Of a stretch of DNA of 64,000 nt, positions 9,822 through 18,493 are shown piece after piece. The first letter of the stretch is position 1, and the number at the start of each line of letters is the position of its first letter. The position numbers and the translations under genes were made by a program. Source of the DNA: Alphaproteobacteria bacterium (GTDB lineage: Bacteria; Pseudomonadota; Alphaproteobacteria; MPNO01). The notes beneath the pieces are model-generated. The model was not told the origin of the DNA, ran no database searches, and saw only the letters and a list, made by a program, of their open reading frames with translations. Where the stretch lies: positions 32,001 through 96,000 of the forward strand of contig OZ219865.1 in NCBI GenBank assembly GCA_964291675.2, given 5' to 3'.

Positions 9822-11269
9822 CGGTACCGATCGAAACCCGCGCGGACTTCACGCTGGAGACCGCCAGACGGGTGGCCTGGGACCGCGAAGGCGTCGAGCT
9901 CGGCGCCAGGGCGCGCGCCGCGATGCGGCTCGGCCGGCAGCGGCTGGAGCGCATTCTCGATCGCGAACCGGACGTAACGATCTATGGCGTGACGACGGGT
10001 CCGGGCCAGCTCGCCCGGAAGCGGCTCACGCCCGAGGAACGCGAACGCTGGGCCGGCGCGTCGCCGGCCCGCATCGCTGCATCCTGGGGCGATCCCCTGC
10101 CCGAACGCGTGGTGCGCGCCATCGTTCTGGCGCGGCTGACCAACTTCGTGGAAGGGCACGCCGCGATATCGCCGGAAATCGCGCTCGGCGTCGCCGCCAT
10201 GCTGGACCAGGACAGCCTGCCCGAGGTCCCGGCGCAGGGTCAGGGCGGGGCGGGCGAAATTCTCGCGCTGAGCCACCTGTTCAGCGGCCTGGCGGAACGG
10301 ATGAAGCCGGCGGCCAAGGACGTGCTGTGCCTGATCAACGGCTCGCCATCCGCCACCGGGCTGGTCGCCGACGCCGCGCTTGTCGCCGACAGGCGCTTCG
10401 AGACGGCGGCGCAGGTCTTCGCCCTGTCCTTCGAGGCCTTCAACGCGCCGCTGGACCATCTCGACCGCGCGCTCGACGGCTACTGGAACAACCCCCACGA
10501 CGGCTGGGCCCTGCTGCGCCTTCGCGAACTGCTGGGCGACGGCCACGGCGGAGAACGGCGCCCCTATCAGGCGCCGGTCAGCTTCCGCATCGTGCCGCGG
10601 ATGCTGGGCCAGGCCCGGCGGGCGGCGAGCATGGCCGCCGAAATCGCCGCGGAGTCGCTCCAGGCGGTGACCGACAACCCGGTCTGGATCGATTGCGTCG
10701 ACGACGACCGTCCCTTCGGTCGCTTCATATCGACAGGCGGCTATCACAACCCGCATGCGGTGCTCGCGATGGACGCGCTGTCCGCCGCATGCGCCAATCT
10801 CTGCGTTCTCGCCGCGCGTCACGGTGCGAAGCTGCTGGACGGCGCCGTCTCGCTGCTGCCCGATCAACTCAACGCTCCCGAGGCCGGCGGCGAAATCGGC
10901 CGCGCCTATATGGGGTGTCTGCCGATGGCCCAGACGGGGTACGAGGAGGAAGCCCGCCTCTACGCTCAGCCCACGCTGCTGCCCGGCGGGGAGTCCGGCG
11001 GCTTCGGTCAGAACGACGTCGCCAGCCCCGTGTTTCTGTCATGGTCCAAGCAGGACCGCGCCGGCAGGTGTCTCGACATGGCGCTCGCCGGTCTCGTGCC
11101 CATCGCGCTCCGCGCCCTCGACGTGACCGACCGGCCGGTTCCGCCGGGGCTGGCCCGGCTCGAGGGCGCCATCCGGGAGCTCGAACCCGACATCGCGCAG
11201 CGCTCGGCCTTCGGCCCCGTGGTGGCCTCGATCGCCGGCGCATTGCGCCGCGACATATATCCGTCATAG
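9818..11269 (+). CDS. Aromatic amino acid lyase (HAL/PAL) family protein lacking the ASG MIO motif
   Basis: IYGVTTGPG, RAIVLARL, LINGS, TDNP motifs; GQGGAGE occupies the GSVGASGD position; GTGA overlap with upstream gene. Confidence 0.82.
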   Translation: MTVPIETRADFTLETARRVAWDREGVELGARARAAMRLGRQRLERILDREPDVTIYGVTTGPGQLARKRLTPEERERWAGASPARIAASWGDPLPERVVRAIVLARLTNFVEGHAAISPEIALGVAAMLDQDSLPEVPAQGQGGAGEILALSHLFSGLAERMKPAAKDVLCLINGSPSATGLVADAALVADRRFETAAQVFALSFEAFNAPLDHLDRALDGYWNNPHDGWALLRLRELLGDGHGGERRPYQAPVSFRIVPRMLGQARRAASMAAEIAAESLQAVTDNPVWIDCVDDDRPFGRFISTGGYHNPHAVLAMDALSAACANLCVLAARHGAKLLDGAVSLLPDQLNAPEAGGEIGRAYMGCLPMAQTGYEEEARLYAQPTLLPGGESGGFGQNDVASPVFLSWSKQDRAGRCLDMALAGLVPIALRALDVTDRPVPPGLARLEGAIRELEPDIAQRSAFGPVVASIAGALRRDIYPS

Positions 11270-11310
11270 CGCGAAGGGAGCGGATGCCGAGGCGGCGAAG
11301 CGGCCGGTTC

Positions 11311-12534
11311 TCAGCCCCTGAGCAGCGCCTGGAGCTTGACCGCCGGGTCGGCGAGCGCGGCCGGGTCGACGATCTTCTCCGCCTGCATCAGCCGCCTGGC
11401 GAAGCGGATGTCGCGCGGGCTGTTGATCGCCGCCGCGCCGTCGATCCTGCCGTCCTTGATGTAGAACTCGACGAAGCTGCCCTCCGCCCGCTCGCCCCTT
11501 GTCACGGTCTCGTCGAACCCGGCGGGCAGGCCCACGAGCTGGATGTTGACGTCGTACTGGTCCGACCAGAACCAGGGGATCTCGCAATAGGGGGTATCCC
11601 CGCCGAGCATCGCCCGGGCGGCGGCGATGCCCTGGTTCTGCGCGTTCTCCCAGGATTCCAGGCGGATATTGCGGCCGAGCAGGCCGTTGGGGTGGTTGGT
11701 CACGTCGCCGGCGGCGAAGATGTCGGGATCGGAGGTGCGGCAGAGCGCATCCACCCTTATGCCGTTGTCGACCTCCAGCCCGGCCGCCTCGGCGAGCTCG
11801 ACGTTGGGGACGATGCCGATGCCGATCACCACGGCGGTCGCCGCCAGGGTCTCGCCGCCGGCCAGCCTGACGCCGCTAACCCGTCCGTCGCCGGTCAGCG
11901 CCTCGACGGCGGCGCCCAGCCTGACATCGACCCCGCGGCCGCGATGGATTTTTAGAAGATACGCCGCGATCTCCGGCGTCAGCGCCCGGGCGCACAGCAT
12001 GTCGAGCGCCTCGACCACCGCCACCTCGGCGCCGAGCATGCGCGCCGCCGCCGCCACCTCCAGGCCGATCCAGCCGCCGCCGATCACCACGATGCTCGCG
12101 CCCTCGCCGAGATCGCCGCGGATCGCCGCGCTGTCGTCGATGCCGCGCAGATAGTGGACGCCGCCGAGCGCCGTCCCTTCGAGCGGGAGCTCGCGCACCC
12201 GCCCGCCGGTGGCGATCAGCAGCTTGTCGTAGGCGAGCGTTTCACCGTCGCCGAGCGAGACGGTCTTCGCCGTCCGGTCGATCCCGGTCGCGGCGACCCC
12301 GCTGCGCAGCTCGACCCCCCAGAGGTCGAACGAGCCTTCCGGCCAGAGATAGCTCGATTCCGCCGGTTCCTTGCCGAGCAGCACCTCCTTGGACAGAGGC
12401 GGGCGCTCGTAGGGCGGGTAGGGCTCCTCGCCGACGACGACGATGCGTCCCTCGAACCCTTCGTCGCGCAGCGTCTTCGCCGCCCAGCCGCCGGCCTGGC
12501 CGGCGCCGATGACGACGATCCCGGGATCGCTCAT
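11311..12534 (-). CDS. NAD(P)H-ferredoxin reductase (GR type)
   Basis: GAGQAG, PYERPPLSK, LLIATG, GGGWIGLE, IFAAGD, RLESW, PWFWSDQY. Confidence 0.93.
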   Translation of the reverse strand: MSDPGIVVIGAGQAGGWAAKTLRDEGFEGRIVVVGEEPYPPYERPPLSKEVLLGKEPAESSYLWPEGSFDLWGVELRSGVAATGIDRTAKTVSLGDGETLAYDKLLIATGGRVRELPLEGTALGGVHYLRGIDDSAAIRGDLGEGASIVVIGGGWIGLEVAAAARMLGAEVAVVEALDMLCARALTPEIAAYLLKIHRGRGVDVRLGAAVEALTGDGRVSGVRLAGGETLAATAVVIGIGIVPNVELAEAAGLEVDNGIRVDALCRTSDPDIFAAGDVTNHPNGLLGRNIRLESWENAQNQGIAAARAMLGGDTPYCEIPWFWSDQYDVNIQLVGLPAGFDETVTRGERAEGSFVEFYIKDGRIDGAAAINSPRDIRFARRLMQAEKIVDPAALADPAVKLQALLRG

Positions 12535-12552
12535 GGAATGGGAGCCCGGCGG

Positions 12553-12873
12553 CTAGCCCGGCACGCCGACCATGATGTCGTCGCCGTCGACCCTGACCTC
12601 ATAGACCTTGAGGTCCTCGGTCACCGGCGGGGTCAGCGCCTTGCCGGTCTTGATGTCGAAGCAGCCGCCATGCAGCGGGCACTCGATGGAGTCGCCCTCG
12701 ACGTAGCCGTCGGCCAGCGAGGCGTAGGCATGGGTGCAGATGTCGTCGGTGGCGTAGAATTCGCCTTCCACGTTGTAGATCGCGATTTCCTTCTTGCCGA
12801 CGATCACCTGGATCGCCTCGCCATCGTCGAGATCGCCGGTCTTGGCGACGGCGTGAAACTCGATATCGCTCAT
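12553..12873 (-). CDS. Rieske [2Fe-2S] ferredoxin of a ring-hydroxylating system
   Basis: CTHAYASLADG...IECPLHGGCFD; start MSDIEF after AGGAAG. Confidence 0.93.
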   Translation of the reverse strand: MSDIEFHAVAKTGDLDDGEAIQVIVGKKEIAIYNVEGEFYATDDICTHAYASLADGYVEGDSIECPLHGGCFDIKTGKALTPPVTEDLKVYEVRVDGDDIMVGVPG

Positions 12874-13112
12874 TCTTCCTGCGCCTCCGTCTAGCCCGAA
12901 TGCGCCGCAACGGCGCGCGGACGCCAGCTTGCGCACCTCGCGGTGCTAACCTTCTGACATGGTTTCGCTTTCCTTCTCCCGCGCTCGGCCGGTCGGGGTT
13001 CAATTCCGCGCCTGCCGGTTTTCCGGCCGCGGCCGGAACGGGGAGCAGGGACGCGCCCAAACTTACCCTTACCGGGCCGCGCGTCAAGTTCCATGCATCC
13101 GCGCTCGAACGC

Positions 13113-14354
13113 CTAGCCCGCCGGTGCGTGATGATCCGACCGGGCGTAGTGCCGCCGGAGCAGGTCGATGCCGTAATCGTTGCCGTTGGGCGTGCGCACG
13201 ATGGTGTGGATGTGGAACCGCGCCGGGTCCGGGTTGGCGAGGAACACCCCCGAGTGGTGGTCGAACTCGATGAAGACGACCGGGCTCTGGATCCGGTAGT
13301 AGAAGGTGGACGCCTCCCCGGTCCCGCCGATCCAGCAGAAATGCGTCTCGGACAGATGCCGTTCGACCTCGTCGAGCCTCGCGTTGAGGGGGCCCGCGGG
13401 GAGCGGCTCGACAAAGCACTCGACGAGGTCGAGCAGGCGGCGCTTCTGCCCGGCGGACAGCGCGTCGCAGGGCAGCCCCTCGTAGGGCACGATCCGGTTG
13501 TCCTGGTACGCCCCGCCGAGATGGAGGTGGTCGGCGAAGTGCCAGCGCCCCGGCGGCAGGTCCTCGCCCCTCATCGAGCGCGACACGAGGGCGCGGCTTT
13601 GCAGCGCCGGGGCGAGCGAGCGCATCAGGGCGAGCCCCCGGTGCTCTTCGTCCTCGAACACGCTCAACCCGGCATGCGGTCCGGCATCGGCATGGGCCGG
13701 CTCGGCGCCCATGAAGCAGGGCGTGAGCACCATCCGCTCGCCGAGCAGGAAACAGTTGAGGGTCAGATGGTGGCCGAAGACCTGCCAACCCCAGGGCTCG
13801 CTCTCCGACGGCGTACCGAACAGGCAGAGCGTGAAGCTCCACTCGCCCAGCACCGCCTCGCCGCCCAGCAACTCGCCCAGAAAGCCGTTGAGGCGCATCA
13901 CCGCGCGGGTCTTGTCCAAGCCGCGCGGGCTCAGCCCGGCGCGCAGCAGGTCGAGCGCGGCGTCGCGCAGCTCCGGTCCGACCTCGTCGAGGCGGAGCCC
14001 GTGATCTTCCAGATGGAGCTCGGTGTTCTGCCAGCGCCGCCACATCTCCGAATCCACCGGGAAATGCGCCCGCGCGCGCTGCTCCCGCGACATCCGGCCC
14101 AGCAGGGCGCGCGCCGCCGCCGTCATCGCCCCGGATGGCGCGCCCGCAGACTCCGGCGAGAACAGCCCGGCCTCGACCGTGCCGTCCACGGTGATCCCGG
14201 TGAACGGGCGTTCGGCCAGCTCGGACCAACCCCTGAGGAGCTCCTGCGCCCGGCCCGCGCGGGTCCGGTTGGCGGTATGCTCGACCGGCGTGGCGCCGGC
14301 GATCCGCGACTGCCCGGGGGCGGGGACGTAGGGTCGGAAATCGGCGCGGCTCAT
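13113..14354 (-). CDS. DUF3500 family protein
   Basis: WGWQVFGHHL, FYYRIQSPVVFIEFDHH, HIHTIVRTPNGNDYG motifs. Confidence 0.82.
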   Translation of the reverse strand: MSRADFRPYVPAPGQSRIAGATPVEHTANRTRAGRAQELLRGWSELAERPFTGITVDGTVEAGLFSPESAGAPSGAMTAAARALLGRMSREQRARAHFPVDSEMWRRWQNTELHLEDHGLRLDEVGPELRDAALDLLRAGLSPRGLDKTRAVMRLNGFLGELLGGEAVLGEWSFTLCLFGTPSESEPWGWQVFGHHLTLNCFLLGERMVLTPCFMGAEPAHADAGPHAGLSVFEDEEHRGLALMRSLAPALQSRALVSRSMRGEDLPPGRWHFADHLHLGGAYQDNRIVPYEGLPCDALSAGQKRRLLDLVECFVEPLPAGPLNARLDEVERHLSETHFCWIGGTGEASTFYYRIQSPVVFIEFDHHSGVFLANPDPARFHIHTIVRTPNGNDYGIDLLRRHYARSDHHAPAG

Positions 14355-14469
14355 CCTGGCTGGTCCCCCGTCTCTCGCGAATGGCGGCCGTTCGGGCCGC
14401 CTGGTTCGGATGATATCGCTTCCGGCACCGAATGGCGTGCCTCCGGGCGTCCCGATATAGTGCGCCGCC

Positions 14470-15708
14470 ATGGCGGGCGAGACGGACTTCGAATGGCCGG
14501 GGGAGGGGGTCAGCCGGGTTCCCTACCGGGTCTATTCGGACGCGGAAATCTACGAGGCGGAGCAGCACCGGATCTTCCGCGGGCCGGTCTGGCATTTCGT
14601 CATGCTGGAGCAGGAGATCCCCGCGCCCGGCGACTATCGCCGGGCGCGGATCGGCGACACCCCGATCGTTGCGGTCCGCGACCGCGGCGGCTCGATCAAC
14701 GCGATGGTCAACCGCTGCGTCCATCGCGGCAATCTGGTCTGCATCGACGAGGCCGGGCGGGCGGACGGGCGGCTCACCTGCGTCTACCACAACTGGACCT
14801 ACGACCTGGCCGGGCGGCTGACCTCGGTCGCCTTCCAGAAGGGGGCGGGCGGCAAGGGCGGCATGCCGGCGGATTTCGACCTCGCCGCCCACCGGATGAC
14901 GCCGCTCCGCGTCGCGGTCTATCGCGGGCTGGTGTTCGTCACCCTGTCGGCGGACACGCCGCCGCTGGAGGACTGGCTCGGCCCCGAGATGCGCGCCAAT
15001 ATCGACCGCGTGCTGGGCCGCGACATGGTGATCCTCGCCAGCTACACCCAGTCGATGGCCAACAACTGGAAGCTGTATATGGAGAACGTTCGCGACTCCT
15101 ACCACGCGAGCCTGCTCCACCTGTTCTTCACCGCGACGCGGATCAACCGGCTGTCGATGGAGGGCGGAATCCGGCTGTCGGAGCGCGGCTGGCACCATAT
15201 CAGCTACTCGATCGCCGCCACCGACCGCGAGGAGCCCGAATACGACCCCGAGAAGCTGCGCGCCGCGGATGACGGCTATGACATCGCCGATCCCCGCGTG
15301 GTGCGCGGCTGGCCCGAATACGAATGCGGCACCACGCTCGCGATCCAGAGCGTCTTCCCCAACTTCGTCCTGCAACAGACGCTGAACTCGATCGCGCTGA
15401 GGGTCTGCGTCCCCAGCGGGCCCGATGCCTGCGAGCTTTCCTGGCGCATTCTCGGCTGCGCCGCCGACAGCGAGGCCGGGCGCGCCGCGCGCATCCACCA
15501 GAGCAACCTGATCGGCCCGGCCGGGCTGATCTCGATGGAGGACGGGATCGTCGGAAGCTGGGTCCAGCAGGGCACGAAGCGCGATCCCGACAAGGCGTCG
15601 ATCGTCGAGATGGGCGGGCGCGACGTGGCGCCCAGCCCGGGCTCGCGCGCCACCGAGGTCTCGGTGCGCGGGTTCTGGCAGGGCTGGCGCGATCTGATGG
15701 AAATCTGA
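14470..15708 (+). CDS. Rieske oxygenase alpha subunit (salicylate 5-hydroxylase/anthranilate dioxygenase-like)
   Basis: WPGEGVSRVPYRVY N-terminus, NRCVHRG...CVYHNW, NWKLYMENVRDSYHASLLH, GPAGLISMED. Confidence 0.9.
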   Translation: MAGETDFEWPGEGVSRVPYRVYSDAEIYEAEQHRIFRGPVWHFVMLEQEIPAPGDYRRARIGDTPIVAVRDRGGSINAMVNRCVHRGNLVCIDEAGRADGRLTCVYHNWTYDLAGRLTSVAFQKGAGGKGGMPADFDLAAHRMTPLRVAVYRGLVFVTLSADTPPLEDWLGPEMRANIDRVLGRDMVILASYTQSMANNWKLYMENVRDSYHASLLHLFFTATRINRLSMEGGIRLSERGWHHISYSIAATDREEPEYDPEKLRAADDGYDIADPRVVRGWPEYECGTTLAIQSVFPNFVLQQTLNSIALRVCVPSGPDACELSWRILGCAADSEAGRAARIHQSNLIGPAGLISMEDGIVGSWVQQGTKRDPDKASIVEMGGRDVAPSPGSRATEVSVRGFWQGWRDLMEI

Positions 15709-15720
15709 CGGGAGGAGCAG

Positions 15721-16578
15721 GTGAGGCTGGTGAGCTTTGCGGCCGAAGGAAGCGAGTCCTTCGGCATCGTCGACGGCGAGGGCGTGATCGATCTCGGCCC
15801 GCGCCTGCCCGAAGCGTCGGGTCTGGCCGACCTGCTGACCGGCGACGGGCGGCGCCGGGCGGAGGCGGCGGCGAAGGGGGCCCGGGCCGATTTCCGCCTC
15901 GACGAGATCGCCTTCCGGCGCCCGGTCCCGTGGCCGGAGAAGACGGTCTGCATCGGCGTCAACTACGCCCGCCGCAACGAGGAGTACGACGATTCGTCGC
16001 TGCCGCCCTTTCCCAGCGTCTTCCTGCGCGTGCCCGACACGCTGGTCGGCCACGGACAGCCGATCCTCCGCCCGCCCGAATCCGAGCAGCTCGACTACGA
16101 GGCCGAGATCGCCGTCGTGATCGGCGAGGGCGGGCGGCGCATCCCGCGCGAGCGCGCGCTCGCCCACATCGCCGGGCTCACCTGCCTCAACGAGGGCTGC
16201 ATCCGCGACTGGATGCGGCACGGCAAGTTCAACGTCACCCAGGGCAAGAATTTCGACCGCTGCGGGTCGGTCGGCCCCTGGCTGGTGACCGCCGACGAGT
16301 TTCCCGGCGGCTATGGCGATTTGAGGGTGACCGGGCGGGTCAACGGCGAGGTGCGCCAGGACGACACCACGGCCAACCTGATTTTCGATTTCGCCTATCT
16401 GGTGAGCTACGTCTCGACCTGGGCGGCGCTCAAGCCGGGCGACGTGATCTCCACCGGCACGCCGACCGGCGCCGGCGCCCGCTTCGACCCGCCGAAGTGG
16501 CTCAAGCCCGGCGACGTCGTCGAGGTCGAGGTCTCCGGCATCGGCACGCTGCGCAACACCGTCGCCGAGGAGGGGTGA
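15721..16578 (+). CDS. Fumarylacetoacetate hydrolase family protein
   Basis: CIGVNY, LDYEAE, NEG.IRDW, GKNFD, PGDVISTGTP. Confidence 0.92.
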   Translation: MRLVSFAAEGSESFGIVDGEGVIDLGPRLPEASGLADLLTGDGRRRAEAAAKGARADFRLDEIAFRRPVPWPEKTVCIGVNYARRNEEYDDSSLPPFPSVFLRVPDTLVGHGQPILRPPESEQLDYEAEIAVVIGEGGRRIPRERALAHIAGLTCLNEGCIRDWMRHGKFNVTQGKNFDRCGSVGPWLVTADEFPGGYGDLRVTGRVNGEVRQDDTTANLIFDFAYLVSYVSTWAALKPGDVISTGTPTGAGARFDPPKWLKPGDVVEVEVSGIGTLRNTVAEEG

Positions 16579-16678
16579 GGGGTGGCGGTGCTCGCAGGGC
16601 CCTTCATGCGGATTTGCCGATAGGTATCGCGCACAAGCAACGATTGGTGCTCGCGCTGGGTTCTGCTATCCGGAGCGG

Positions 16679-16909
16679 ATGAACGCCGACGTCGAGAACC
16701 CGGTGCTCGACCAGCTGCGGGCGACTCGCTCCAAGGTCGACAAGATCGACGACGATCTCGGCTATCTTCGCCAGCGCGTGTCGTCGGTCGAGCGCCACCT
16801 CGCAAACCTGAGGAGTGATGTCGCGCTGGTTCATCAGCGGCTCGATCATCTGAGCGACCGCTGCGAACGCATCGAGCGCCGCCTCGACTTCACCGACGCG
16901 CCCGCGTGA
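16679..16909 (+). CDS. Small coiled-coil hypothetical protein
   Basis: 76 aa, GGAG RBS, heptad pattern ending RIERRLDF. Confidence 0.65.
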   Translation: MNADVENPVLDQLRATRSKVDKIDDDLGYLRQRVSSVERHLANLRSDVALVHQRLDHLSDRCERIERRLDFTDAPA

Positions 16910-17020
16910 ACTGAAGCCGCCGGGTCCCCCAAGCCGTGATGCCCTCGCCCTGCGCGGTAGTCTCACCCGGTAGGGGCCGGCGGAGGGGCGTAACGGCCTG
17001 CCCCGCCGCGCCCCCACCAC

Positions 17021-17160
17021 CGTCATGCCCGGACTTGATCCGGCCATCCATGGGCGGGACAGGAAGAACGGATGTGGCCCGCGTCGGAGGCTAAACCGGA
17101 CCGCAGTGGAACAGGTCCAGCCATGACGAAGGGGGCGTGGAGGGCGCGTATCGAGGGACG
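17021..17160. repeat. CGTC-type REP-like inverted pair plus half-unit of the 2.3-2.5 kb repeat family
   Basis: CGTCATGCCCGGACTTGATCCGGCCATCC ... GGAACAGGTCCAGCCATGACG, then GCGTATCGAGGGACG; same layout at 28228-28342. Confidence 0.75.
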
Positions 17161-17192
17161 CCCGCAGCGACTCAATCTGGGAAGGACATGCG

Positions 17193-18371
17193 CTACGCCA
17201 GCTCCACCACGGCGCCGTCCTTGCCCTTCCCCTGCGCGCGGTAGTGGCCGAGCTTGGCGATCAGCGGCTGGTCGGTGTAGCTGTAGAGGATCGCGTTCTG
17301 CGTGCCGGTATTGACGAAGCGCCGCCAGCGGTGGTTGGGCACGACGAAGAAGTCGTTGCGCGCCCAGCTCATCGCCTCGCCGTCGACCTCGGTGGTGCCC
17401 GCGCCATCGGCGACCCAGTAGATCGTCGACGCGGTATGGCGGAACGGCCGCGTCGCCTCGCCCGGGCGCAGGAGCTGCGCGCGGTAGGAGATGGTGGTGA
17501 ACACCGGCGCGCCGTTCTCCGGGTTGACCAGCTCGACCGCGATTCCCTCGTGCGGGTCGCCGTCATAGCGCGCGAGGTCGTCGAGCGCGCCGCGGATGTC
17601 GACCCCGGAATAGAGGAACATCGGCGAATTGCCCTGGCCGCTGCCGCGGTGATGCGGCGCGAACAGGGGCCGGATGCCGCCGCGGCCGTAGAACCGCCTG
17701 GAGAAGTCCTCCGCCGGGTCGCCGTGCGGCACCGCGTTCTCGGTGTCGCTGCGCGCCCAGGCGCAGCCGAGGAAGTCGATCAGCGGCCAGTCCAGCGTAT
17801 CCGCCCAGATCACCGGGCTGTCGTCGTCGTTGCCGTGCTCGTGCCAGGTGCCGTTGGGGGTGAACACGAGGTCGCCCCGCCTGGGCAGCATCTTCTCGCC
17901 CTCGACGATGGTGTAGCCGCCGCTCTCCGAGATGATCGTCCGGCTGGCGTTCGGCGTGTGGAGATGCGATTCGGCGTCGTCGCCGCGCTTGTAGATCGAG
18001 ATCGCGATGCGCATCGTGTTGGTCACCTTGACCCCGGTCAGCCCGAAGGCCGGGTTGGTCAGCAGCACCGATTGCCGCTCGGTCAGCTCCAGCGGGCAGA
18101 GCTCGGCGAGCTTGAGCAGGTAGGGCTCGATGTCGCCCCAGCGCCAGACATGCGGCTTCGGCGAGGGGTATTCGACCGTCAGGCTGTGCGCCGAGGGGGA
18201 GGGCTGGTCCGCCGAGCCGAGATGCCAGGCCGTCTGGTTGGGCAGGTTCCAGCGCGTGCGGATCCAGATGTCGTTCGCGCGCACCTCCTGGTTGAGCTCC
18301 TCGAGCTCGTTGATGATCAGCTCCAGCTCATGCCTGCGGTCGCTGCCGGCCTGTTCCTTCGCGGTCGCCAT
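17193..18371 (-). CDS. Bicupin, gentisate 1,2-dioxygenase-like
   Basis: HLHTPNASR, GDLVFTPNGTWHEHGN, LDWPL, QLLRPGE, FRHTASTIY, DQPLIAKLG. Confidence 0.85.
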   Translation of the reverse strand: MATAKEQAGSDRRHELELIINELEELNQEVRANDIWIRTRWNLPNQTAWHLGSADQPSPSAHSLTVEYPSPKPHVWRWGDIEPYLLKLAELCPLELTERQSVLLTNPAFGLTGVKVTNTMRIAISIYKRGDDAESHLHTPNASRTIISESGGYTIVEGEKMLPRRGDLVFTPNGTWHEHGNDDDSPVIWADTLDWPLIDFLGCAWARSDTENAVPHGDPAEDFSRRFYGRGGIRPLFAPHHRGSGQGNSPMFLYSGVDIRGALDDLARYDGDPHEGIAVELVNPENGAPVFTTISYRAQLLRPGEATRPFRHTASTIYWVADGAGTTEVDGEAMSWARNDFFVVPNHRWRRFVNTGTQNAILYSYTDQPLIAKLGHYRAQGKGKDGAVVELA

Positions 18372-18493
18372 GTCGGGCCTCCTCGGGCGGGATTGCCGCA
18401 GTCTTCGCCGCATCCCGCGCGCGGTCAAGGACGACGTGGGACGGCTTCCCGGAATATGGGGTAGTCTCTTCCCGGTATTGCCGGAGTGCGGCG

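Noticed and set aside
9818-11269. Calling the lyase hutH
   Set aside because: No ASG motif and no hutU/hutI context in the window.
12900-16221. Very long ORFs 13084..16221(-), 12900..15272(+) and similar ones (18130..20715, 20708..23404, 34736..37354, 44753..47074)
   Set aside because: Antisense or off-frame shadows of well-supported genes; Arg/Gly/Pro-rich with no motifs, as expected in high-GC DNA.
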